Below, piece after piece: positions 9,203 through 17,762 of a stretch of DNA of 64,000 nt. Both the position numbers and the translations under genes were made by a program. The stretch's first letter is position 1. Every line of letters begins with the position of its first letter. The notes beneath the pieces were generated by a model. It was not told where the DNA came from and did not search any database. It saw only the letters and a program-made list of their open reading frames with translations. Source of the DNA: Flavobacterium sp. GTDB taxonomy: Bacteria; Bacteroidota; Bacteroidia; Flavobacteriales; Flavobacteriaceae. The DNA lies in assembly GCA_008501705.1 (NCBI GenBank), contig QQUG01000022.1, positions 922-64,921 of the forward strand. The letters run 5' to 3'.

Positions 9203-11119
9203 ATGAAAAATTTATTACTCCCTATCCTGCTTATTTTTTCTTTACCCATAATTGCACAAACTCCTTGTACAGGTGGAACTGCTGGACCGTACCCATGTAG
9301 TGGCTACGATCTGCAGTCTGAATTAAGCCTAGCCGCCTTAAATGCTAGTGGTGGTAATGATAGTTGGGGATGGACAGATTCTACAACCGGGAAAGAATAT
9401 GCCCTTATCGGTCTCAATAACGGTACTGCCTTTATCGATATATCCAATCCTACAAGTCCGGTATTTCTAGGCAAACTACCAACTCACACTTCTAATAGCA
9501 GTTGGAGAGATGTGAAAACCTATAATGACCATGCATTTATAGTGAGTGAAGCAAACGGCCACGGGATGCAGGTTTTCGACCTAACCAGGTTACGCAATGT
9601 GAGCAGCCCGCCCGAAACATTTACAGAGGATGCCCATTACTCAGGATTTGGAAGAGCTCATAACATAGTGATCAATGAAGATACAGGCTACGCCTATGCC
9701 GTAGGTACCTCCAGTTTTAATGGCGGGCCACATTTCATCAATATCCAGAATCCTACTAGTCCAACTGCGGCAGGAGGTTATTCCATGGATGATTACAGCC
9801 ATGATGCTCAGGTGGTGACTTACTGCGGACCGGACCATGATTATATAGGGAGAGAGATCCTGATAGGAAGTAATGAGAATGAGGTGATCATTGCCGATAT
9901 TACAAACAAATCTAATCCCGTGAGTATCTCAACAATTTCCTATACGAATGTAAATTATACACACCAGGGTTGGTTTACAGAAGATCAGCGATACTTTATA
10001 CTTGGCGATGAGTTGGATGAACAAAGTGTTGGGTTCAATACCCGTACGCTGGTGTTCGATTTTGAAGATCTTGACAATCCACAGTTACATACAACCTATA
10101 ATGGGCCAACGCCGGCCATAGATCACAATGGTTATGTAAAAGGAACCAAATACTATCTGGCAAACTACAGAGCCGGTATCCGCGTGATAGATATATCAAA
10201 TATCGCAAGTGGAACGATGACAGAAGAAGGTTACTTTGACAGTTACCCCAATAATGATAACGCAAACTTCAGCGGTGCCTGGAACGTATACCCCTACTTT
10301 GAGAGTGGCAATATTGTAATTAGCGATATAAATCGTGGATTTTTGCTGATAAAAGCTCAATCTACCGATCTGGTAGATCCCGTAGCCGTCTGCCAGGACA
10401 TCACAGTATCTCTGGACGCCAATGGAGAAGCAACGATAACCGGAGCAGATATTGACAATGGCTCGACCGATAATAGCGGGGTGGTTTATTTCAATATTTG
10501 TAACGAATATTTTGATTGTTCAAACCTGGGTGCCAATGTTGTTGAACTGGAAGTTTACGACGACTTCGGAAATAAAGACTATTGTAGCGCTACAGTAACA
10601 GTGGTAGATGATTTGGATCCACAGATTAACTGCCCGGGGAATTCTCAGGCGCTTGTAGACGCAGGACAAAACTATTATACCTTGCCGGACTATTTTGCCA
10701 CCGGTGAAGTAACCGCTACAGATAATTGTGCCTCAGGCCTAATACTTACGCAGAGTCCAGTGGCCGGAACTCAGTTACCCATCGGGACCCACACTATTAG
10801 TTTTGTAGCAGAAGACAGCAGTGGAAATACCAACAACTGTTCTTTCGATATTATCGTTACAGACGTATTATCTGCAGATGATATAGCCTTTGAAAATGGA
10901 TTAAGTATATATCCTAATCCGGCTTCAGAAATAATTAATATCAACTCAGCCAATAGATCGATCCACAGAATAAGTATCGTTGACATTTCAGGAAAATTGG
11001 TTTTCGACACCAATAACCTGGATACATTATCTACTTCGGTTGATGTTTCTGCTTTCTCTAGAGGGATATATTTTGTTACGGTTAACAATAGTGTGACAAA
11101 AAAGATAATTAAGAGATAA
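9203..11119 (+). CDS. Choice-of-anchor B protein + two HYR-like Ig domains + T9SS type-A CTD, copy 2
   Basis: Signal peptide ending IIA-Q; the same propeller motifs; an insert with DPVAVCQDITV...ATVTVVD and DPQINCP...TDNC...CSFDIIV; C-terminal IYPNPA...GIYFV...KKIIK. Confidence 0.88.
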   Translation: MKNLLLPILLIFSLPIIAQTPCTGGTAGPYPCSGYDLQSELSLAALNASGGNDSWGWTDSTTGKEYALIGLNNGTAFIDISNPTSPVFLGKLPTHTSNSSWRDVKTYNDHAFIVSEANGHGMQVFDLTRLRNVSSPPETFTEDAHYSGFGRAHNIVINEDTGYAYAVGTSSFNGGPHFINIQNPTSPTAAGGYSMDDYSHDAQVVTYCGPDHDYIGREILIGSNENEVIIADITNKSNPVSISTISYTNVNYTHQGWFTEDQRYFILGDELDEQSVGFNTRTLVFDFEDLDNPQLHTTYNGPTPAIDHNGYVKGTKYYLANYRAGIRVIDISNIASGTMTEEGYFDSYPNNDNANFSGAWNVYPYFESGNIVISDINRGFLLIKAQSTDLVDPVAVCQDITVSLDANGEATITGADIDNGSTDNSGVVYFNICNEYFDCSNLGANVVELEVYDDFGNKDYCSATVTVVDDLDPQINCPGNSQALVDAGQNYYTLPDYFATGEVTATDNCASGLILTQSPVAGTQLPIGTHTISFVAEDSSGNTNNCSFDIIVTDVLSADDIAFENGLSIYPNPASEIININSANRSIHRISIVDISGKLVFDTNNLDTLSTSVDVSAFSRGIYFVTVNNSVTKKIIKR

Positions 11120-11173
11120 TTTGTAAGTACGGGAAAATTGGCGATCACGTACTTCAAGAACACTATAATAACT

Positions 11174-12586
11174 ATGTTAAGATTATTGTCGTGCTTTTTA
11201 GTACTGTGTAGCACCTGTGTCACAGCACAAACGCCGTGTAGTAATGGTACTGCAGCTGGTTTTCCATGTGCGGGATACGACCTTATCTCACAAATTCCAC
11301 TTTCTACTATGGGCTCCAGTCGTGCCAATGACAGCTGGGGTTGGACAGACCCCATGGACGGGAAGGAGTACGCTGTTATTTGCCTTAACGAAGCCACGGC
11401 ATTTATAGACATTTCAGATCCGCTCAACCCCGTTTATCTTGGGAAATTACCTAGCCAGGGAAGTTCCAGTACCTGGCGAGACGCAAAAACCTATAACAAT
11501 TACGCTTTTATTGTAAGTGAAGATCCCGGACACGGTATGCAGGTTTTCGATCTAACACGCTTGCGAAATGTCGCTAATCCTCCTGTTACTTTTACTAACG
11601 ATGCTCATTTTGCCAGTTTTGGAGGGGCACATAACATCGTGATCAATGAAGATACCGGTTTTGCGTATGCCGTTGGCACCAGCCAATATAGTGGCGGTGC
11701 GTATTTTATAGATATTCAGGATCCTTTAAATCCTGTGCCGGCAGGAGGTTATGCCGGTGAGGGCTATACACACGACGCACAAGTGGTAATGTACAATGGC
11801 CCTGATACAGACTATATCGGACAGGAAATCATGATTGGCAGTAACGAAGACGAAATGGTAATCGTTGACGTTACAGATAAAGCAAATCCGCAGGCTATTT
11901 CAGCCATTTCCTATTCTAACGTTTCTTATACCCACCAAGGTTGGTTCTCCGAGGATCAGCGATACTTTATCCTTGGTGACGAAACCGATGAGATTGATTT
12001 TGGCTTTAATTCCAGGACTTTGATATTCGATCTTTCAGATCTTGATAACCCACAGCTTCACTTCCAGTATTCCGGGCCCACAGGAGCAACAGATCACAAC
12101 GGTTATGTAAAAGGAGATAAATTCTACCTTGCTAATAACGCCGCAGGTTTACGGGTGATCGATATCTCGGATATAGCAAATATGAATATGAATGAAGTTG
12201 GATATTTCGACACCTATGCTGTAAATAACAATTCGGGATTCAACGGATCCTGGAGTGTTTACCCCTACTTTGACAGCGGACATATTGTAATAAGTGACAG
12301 GGATCAGGGGTTTGTCCTGGTAAAACCATCGGTAATTCTCGGAATTGATGATGTTTTATCTTCGGAAGTAGCGGTATATCCGAATCCCGTATCGGACCTC
12401 CTTTCAATAAACTTGAATGATAAGGTCATTTCAGAAATAAAGATCATAGATATACTGGGTAAAACAATTTATTCTGAAGAAAAAATCGACACTAACAAAA
12501 AGACGATCGACCTCGGAGATATCACCCAGGGGGTCTATTTTGTGAGGATCAATAAAACTATTGTAAAGAAAATTATTAAAACCTAA
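11174..12586 (+). CDS. Choice-of-anchor B protein + T9SS type-A CTD, copy 3
   Basis: The start was moved to ATG 11174 (MLRLLSCFLVLCSTCVTA-Q signal). Family motifs are present, with the CTD VYPNPV...GVYFVRI...KKIIK. Confidence 0.88.
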   Translation: MLRLLSCFLVLCSTCVTAQTPCSNGTAAGFPCAGYDLISQIPLSTMGSSRANDSWGWTDPMDGKEYAVICLNEATAFIDISDPLNPVYLGKLPSQGSSSTWRDAKTYNNYAFIVSEDPGHGMQVFDLTRLRNVANPPVTFTNDAHFASFGGAHNIVINEDTGFAYAVGTSQYSGGAYFIDIQDPLNPVPAGGYAGEGYTHDAQVVMYNGPDTDYIGQEIMIGSNEDEMVIVDVTDKANPQAISAISYSNVSYTHQGWFSEDQRYFILGDETDEIDFGFNSRTLIFDLSDLDNPQLHFQYSGPTGATDHNGYVKGDKFYLANNAAGLRVIDISDIANMNMNEVGYFDTYAVNNNSGFNGSWSVYPYFDSGHIVISDRDQGFVLVKPSVILGIDDVLSSEVAVYPNPVSDLLSINLNDKVISEIKIIDILGKTIYSEEKIDTNKKTIDLGDITQGVYFVRINKTIVKKIIKT

Positions 12587-12666
12587 TTAAACCTAAGAAA
12601 CACGATGATATCAGTGGGCACGCTTTTTAATTGACAGCAGTTCTGTCTGTAGTGCCGTAATATTCG

Positions 12667-12674
12667 TATTTTTG
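12667..12674 (+). promoter_or_regulatory. -7 element (TATTTTTG), an internal promoter before copy 4
   Basis: Exact TAnnTTTG match 22 nt upstream of ATG 12697, in a 110-nt gap. Confidence 0.55.
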
Positions 12675-12696
12675 TGTTATTGCTAATAAATTTGTC

Positions 12697-14112
12697 ATGA
12701 TAAAGAAACTACTCCTGTTCGGATTATCAATATTCGGCACCCTGGCATTAGCTCAAACTCCATGTGAAAGTGGTATGGCGGGATCTTTTCCCTGTAATGG
12801 TTACGACCTCTTATCAACTTTCACACTTGGTGAACTGGGTGGCTCCTCCGGAAATGATTCCTGGGGCTGGACAGATCCTCAAAACGGAAAAGAATACGCC
12901 ATAACCGGTGTAGATAACGGAACAGTATTTATAGACATTACAGACCCCGTTAACCCGATAATCCTTGGGAAACTACTGGGGCATGGTAATTCTTCCAGCC
13001 TATGGCGCGATGTAAAAGTGTATAATAATTATGCTTTTATGGTAAGTGAGGCGGGTGGCCACGGGATGCAAATATTCGATCTTACACGATTGAGATCGGT
13101 AAGCAGCCCTCCCGAAAACTTTACGGAGGATGCATATTTTAGTGGCTTCGGAAGTGCCCATAATGTGGTAATAAACGAAACATCCGGCTATGCATATGGC
13201 GTAGGTACCAGTCAATTTGGCGGCGGAGCTGTTTTTGTAAACATTCAAGATCCACTAAACCCTGTGGCTGAAGGTGGATATGCCGGAAGCGGTTATACTC
13301 ATGACGCCCAGGTAGTAACATATAACGGTCCCGACACCGATTATACAGGGAGCGAGATATACATTGGCTGTAATACCGATGAAGTGGTAATTGTAGATGT
13401 GACCGATAAGTCCAATCCTCAACTTATCTCAACTATTGGCTACGCCAACATAGGCTATACCCACCAGGGATGGCTTACTGAAGATCAAACCTATTTTATT
13501 GCCGGGGATGAATTTGACGAATCTAATGTTGGGTTTAACACCCGTTCTATAGTTTTCGATTTTACCGATCTGGATAATCCACAATTCCACATGGAATATT
13601 TTGGACCCACTCCTGCCATAGACCACAATGGATATGTAAAAGGAGACAGGTTTTATCTTGCCAATTACACTGCAGGATTCCGCGTAGTGGATATAAGCGA
13701 TATTGCCAATGGGAATATGACAGAAATAGGGTATTTCGACACCCACCCTGCAAATCAGAATGTTTCTTACAACGGCGCTTGGAACGTATATCCGTATTTC
13801 CCTAGTGGAAACATAATTGTAAGTAATATCGACGGTGGTTTTTTTGTGCTGAGAGATCAAACGCTGGGAACGGAACCCGTAGCGAGTACGAATTTTGCTT
13901 TATCCCCTAACCCTGCTTCAGACATCCTGATGGTACATTCGGATGTTAGCGGGATACAATCAATAGAAATTACGAATATGCTGGGCCAGCAAGTTCTGCA
14001 ATTCGATTACAATAATACCCACAATGAACGCATAGATATCTCCGGATTAACCTCCGGTTTGTATCTGGTAAAAATTAATAACAACACCGTAAAAAGACTT
14101 ATAGTAAAGTAG
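12697..14112 (+). CDS. Choice-of-anchor B protein + T9SS type-A CTD, copy 4
   Basis: Signal peptide ending ALA-Q; family motifs; CTD LSPNPA...GLYLVKI...KRLIVK. Confidence 0.88.
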   Translation: MIKKLLLFGLSIFGTLALAQTPCESGMAGSFPCNGYDLLSTFTLGELGGSSGNDSWGWTDPQNGKEYAITGVDNGTVFIDITDPVNPIILGKLLGHGNSSSLWRDVKVYNNYAFMVSEAGGHGMQIFDLTRLRSVSSPPENFTEDAYFSGFGSAHNVVINETSGYAYGVGTSQFGGGAVFVNIQDPLNPVAEGGYAGSGYTHDAQVVTYNGPDTDYTGSEIYIGCNTDEVVIVDVTDKSNPQLISTIGYANIGYTHQGWLTEDQTYFIAGDEFDESNVGFNTRSIVFDFTDLDNPQFHMEYFGPTPAIDHNGYVKGDRFYLANYTAGFRVVDISDIANGNMTEIGYFDTHPANQNVSYNGAWNVYPYFPSGNIIVSNIDGGFFVLRDQTLGTEPVASTNFALSPNPASDILMVHSDVSGIQSIEITNMLGQQVLQFDYNNTHNERIDISGLTSGLYLVKINNNTVKRLIVK

Positions 14113-14134
14113 ACGGTAAAACAACAATCAAAAA

Positions 14135-15541
14135 ATGAAGAAAATAGTTACTTTAATAACCGTACTGGTTAGCTCGATGATGATAGCACAGGTACCATGT
14201 TCCGGGGGTTCGGCAGCTGGTTTCCCATGTTCTAATTTTACACTTCAGGGGCAGATCACCCTTGCCGCCATGGGCGCCGGAGGAGGAAACGATTCCTGGG
14301 GATGGACAGACCCTCAGGATGGTAAAGAATACGCCATCGTTGGCCTAAACAATGGAACCGCATTTATCGATATATCAGATCCGGTTGACCCTCAATATCT
14401 TGGTAAACTTCCAACGCACTCGAGTCCGAGTACCTGGAGAGATGTAAAAGTATATAATAATCATGCCTTTGTGGTAAGTGAAGCAGGCGGACACGGAATG
14501 CAGGTATTCGACCTTACCCGCTTACGCAATGTCACCAACCCTCCCGAAACGTTTACTGAAGATGCACATTACGGTAACTTTGGCAGTGCCCATAATATCG
14601 TTATTAATGAAGACACGGGCTACGCGTATGCTGTGGGCACCGATCTGTATAACGGGGGGCCACATTTCATAAATATCCAAGATCCATTAAACCCAACCGA
14701 TGAAGGCGGATATGCTTTAGACGGTTATAGTCATGACGCTCAGGTTGTGTTGTATAACGGGCCCGACACCAGCTATAATGGAAAAGAGATCCTTATCGGA
14801 AGTAACGAGAACGCAGTAGTGATCGTAGATATTACCGACAAAGGAAATCCTCAACCCATTTCTTCTACTAATTACTCCAATGTTGGATATACCCATCAGG
14901 GGTGGTTCACAGAAGATATGAAGTATTTCATCGTAGGAGACGAATTGGACGAATTTAGTGTAGGTTTCAACACCCGTACCCTGGTATTCGATTTTACCGA
15001 TCTTGACAATCCTCAATTAGATTTTGAGTATTTCGGTACTACTTCGGCGGTAGACCACAATGGTTATGTGGTAGGTGACCGATTCTATATGGCCAGCTAC
15101 TCTGCAGGAATGCGAGTTCTGGATATAAGCAATATAGAAAGCGGAAGTATGTCTGAATACGGATATTTTGACACCTTCCCAAGTAATAATAATGCAAGTT
15201 TCGACGGATCCTGGAATGTCTACCCCTTCTTTGCCAGTGGAAACATTGTGATAAGTGGTGATTTTGGTTTCACCCTGGTGCGTGACGAAAACCTTAGTGC
15301 TCCAGATTTTAGTAATTCGGATTTTTCCATCTTTCCTAATCCGGCTAACAATGTACTAAATATCGCCTCTAAGAACGCCCCAATTGATACTGTCGCTATA
15401 TACAATGTACTAGGACAGCAAGTAAATCGTTATGATTTTGCCGACAGTCTTTCAGAAACAATAGATATTTCCAGTTTAAACGCCGGTTTATATATGGTTC
15501 AGATAAACAAATCAACTACTAAAAGATTGATTGTGAATTAA
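14135..15541 (+). CDS. Choice-of-anchor B protein + T9SS type-A CTD, copy 5
   Basis: Signal peptide ending MIA-Q; family motifs; CTD IFPNPA...GLYMVQI...KRLIVN. Confidence 0.88.
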   Translation: MKKIVTLITVLVSSMMIAQVPCSGGSAAGFPCSNFTLQGQITLAAMGAGGGNDSWGWTDPQDGKEYAIVGLNNGTAFIDISDPVDPQYLGKLPTHSSPSTWRDVKVYNNHAFVVSEAGGHGMQVFDLTRLRNVTNPPETFTEDAHYGNFGSAHNIVINEDTGYAYAVGTDLYNGGPHFINIQDPLNPTDEGGYALDGYSHDAQVVLYNGPDTSYNGKEILIGSNENAVVIVDITDKGNPQPISSTNYSNVGYTHQGWFTEDMKYFIVGDELDEFSVGFNTRTLVFDFTDLDNPQLDFEYFGTTSAVDHNGYVVGDRFYMASYSAGMRVLDISNIESGSMSEYGYFDTFPSNNNASFDGSWNVYPFFASGNIVISGDFGFTLVRDENLSAPDFSNSDFSIFPNPANNVLNIASKNAPIDTVAIYNVLGQQVNRYDFADSLSETIDISSLNAGLYMVQINKSTTKRLIVN

Positions 15542-15552
15542 ACTTAGAAACT

Positions 15553-16926
15553 ATGAAAAGATACTTAACCTACGCCCTCGCCATCATCTTCATGTGTGGC
15601 TTCCACGCCTGTAAGAAAGATGAAGGCACTGCCCCGCCCGATGGCACTACCGATGACGACAACCCACCGGTTGGCGGTAATTTTGAAGGTGTGATAGAAT
15701 ACGTTAAAACCTATGGAGGTAGCAACGAAGACGAGGCCGTGGATGTAGTCCAGGCAAACGACGGAGGCTATGTTATGGTAGGTACCACATCCAGTAACGA
15801 CGGTGATATTACAGATAAAACCACCACCGATCCGGATTATTGGGTATTAAAAGTAAATGCTGCCGGTGAAAAGCAATGGAGTAAAACCTACGGAGGAACA
15901 TCTCCGGATAGGGCTACAGGAATTGTAAAAACAACCGATGGGGGTTACATCCTCTCCGGCCATAGCCGCAGTAATGACGGAGATGTTGGTGGAAATGAAG
16001 GCTTTCACGATTACTGGATCGTTAAGATAAACAGCGTTGGTGATATACAATGGGAAACCAATTTTGGGTTTTCCGGAAGTGACCAGGCTCTTAATATCAT
16101 TCAAACTTCAGACGGTGGTTATTTCGCTACGGGATTCCTCGATGTTTCCGCTAGTGGCGGCATGGGTAACGATGGTCGTAACCCCGAACATGGTGTAGGA
16201 GAATACTGGGGAATCAAGATGGATGCCAATGGTAATAAGATTTGGCGACGCTACTTTGGTGGATCTAATAACGACCGTAGTTATGACGTAGTTCAGACCG
16301 ACGACGGAGGATTCCTTATGATAGGTGCGTCTGAAAGTGATGACTTCGACAAATTAGACCCTAAAGGAAGTTACGATTTCTGGGTGGTAAAAGTTAGTGC
16401 CGGGGGAGATAACGTATGGTCGAAGTCCTTTGGCGGTTCTGAAATAGATGTGGCATATGGTGTTACACAAACTACCGATGGAAATTATATGATCGTCGGA
16501 GATACAAGAAGTACAGACCAGGATGTCACCAATCCACTGGGAAATGCCGATCTGTGGGTAGTGAAATTCAATAAGAACAATGGCGCTATCATTTGGCAAA
16601 AGACCTATGGTGGAACCGAATTCGAATCGGCTCGCAGTGTGGAACGACTGCCAAACGGCACCTATCTGATCTCAGGATCAACACGTTCTGCAAACGGGGA
16701 TGTTTCAATGAATATTGGTCAAAATGACGCCTGGGTCCTCATCATCAATGAAAATGGTGAACTGCAGTATCAGAAAACTGCCGGAGGTACCAGCCTTGAT
16801 TTTGCCGAAGGTGCCATCCAAACTACAGATAATAAACTGATCGTTGTAGGAAACACCGAGAGTAACGATATAGATATCACGGTAAACCGTGGTATAAAAG
16901 ACCTTTTGCTGATAAAAGTTAAATAA
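15553..16926 (+). CDS. Lipoprotein with seven internal repeats (predicted 7-bladed beta-propeller)
   Basis: Lipobox FHA-C followed by acidic KKDEG..DDD. Seven units of W.K.(Y/F)GG...D.A..(V/I).QT.DG.Y...G.(T/S).S.D.D......D.W..K. Confidence 0.8.
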   Translation: MKRYLTYALAIIFMCGFHACKKDEGTAPPDGTTDDDNPPVGGNFEGVIEYVKTYGGSNEDEAVDVVQANDGGYVMVGTTSSNDGDITDKTTTDPDYWVLKVNAAGEKQWSKTYGGTSPDRATGIVKTTDGGYILSGHSRSNDGDVGGNEGFHDYWIVKINSVGDIQWETNFGFSGSDQALNIIQTSDGGYFATGFLDVSASGGMGNDGRNPEHGVGEYWGIKMDANGNKIWRRYFGGSNNDRSYDVVQTDDGGFLMIGASESDDFDKLDPKGSYDFWVVKVSAGGDNVWSKSFGGSEIDVAYGVTQTTDGNYMIVGDTRSTDQDVTNPLGNADLWVVKFNKNNGAIIWQKTYGGTEFESARSVERLPNGTYLISGSTRSANGDVSMNIGQNDAWVLIINENGELQYQKTAGGTSLDFAEGAIQTTDNKLIVVGNTESNDIDITVNRGIKDLLLIKVK

Positions 16927-16954
16927 GTAAGAAACCTTAAAAAACAATAAATTA

Positions 16955-17752
16955 ATGAAAAAAATTGTCCTAATGATTGTAGCTTCCGTTCTTCTTTTCG
17001 GATGCAACAATGATGATAATGACCCACAACCTACACCGAATGCTATGGTTGAATTTACATTTACACACAACTGGGATGGCGACGAAATTGAAAATTCAGA
17101 CTTCGACCTATTGCAGTATTTTAATGCCAATGGAGAACAGATGAGCATTTCGAAGTTGGTCTATCTAATTTCTGATGTCACCTTTACAAATCTTTCTACC
17201 GCCGTGTCTTACGATGCAGGTGATTATAACCTGGTAAATGTGCGTGAAGGGACTAATCTAACCTTTACACCCGATATTGAGATCCCTGAAGGTGAATATC
17301 TCGTGACCTTCACTTTTGGATTTGACGATGAAGACAACCAGGATGGTATTTATCCGGATTTGAATTCGGCCGACGGAGGTTGGAATGTGCCAATGATGTT
17401 AGGAGGCGGATATCACTATATGCGTCTTGAAGGAAAATTTGTCGACAACACATCGGCCCAGGCAAATTACGCATACCACACTATTCGTGCGAACGACAAT
17501 ACCACTACCCCCATCACCCTTCAGGATACTTCCTTCGAAGTAAGCCTGGGGCAAGTAACGGTTGGAAGCAGTACCAATGTTGAGGTTAAAATGAATGTAG
17601 CCGAATGGTTTAGAAGTCCGAATCAATGGGACCTCAACCAATTAAACACGGTATTAATGCCAAATTTCGATGCCCAGATCATGATGTACGAAAATGGCTC
17701 TACATTTAATGGTTCTACCGGTGTATTCAGTAAAGGAACCGTAACACAATAA
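16955..17752 (+). CDS. mbnP: MbnP-family (putative copper-binding) lipoprotein
   Basis: Lipobox LFG-C then NNDDND; ISKLVYLISD and GGWNVPMMLGGGYHYMRLEG...YHT motifs; lies immediately upstream of a MauG/MbnH-like diheme gene, the canonical MbnPH arrangement. Confidence 0.7.
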   Translation: MKKIVLMIVASVLLFGCNNDDNDPQPTPNAMVEFTFTHNWDGDEIENSDFDLLQYFNANGEQMSISKLVYLISDVTFTNLSTAVSYDAGDYNLVNVREGTNLTFTPDIEIPEGEYLVTFTFGFDDEDNQDGIYPDLNSADGGWNVPMMLGGGYHYMRLEGKFVDNTSAQANYAYHTIRANDNTTTPITLQDTSFEVSLGQVTVGSSTNVEVKMNVAEWFRSPNQWDLNQLNTVLMPNFDAQIMMYENGSTFNGSTGVFSKGTVTQ

Positions 17753-17762
17753 ATAAAATAAT

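Noticed and set aside
10771-11427. 218-aa minus-strand ORF spanning copies 2 and 3
   Set aside because: Antisense to two well-supported genes, with no start context or family motif.
7768-15541. Possible CRISPR or nucleotide-level tandem repeat array
   Set aside because: The repetition is protein-level paralogy (about 1.4-kb genes) with divergent codons; there are no identical short repeats with spacers.
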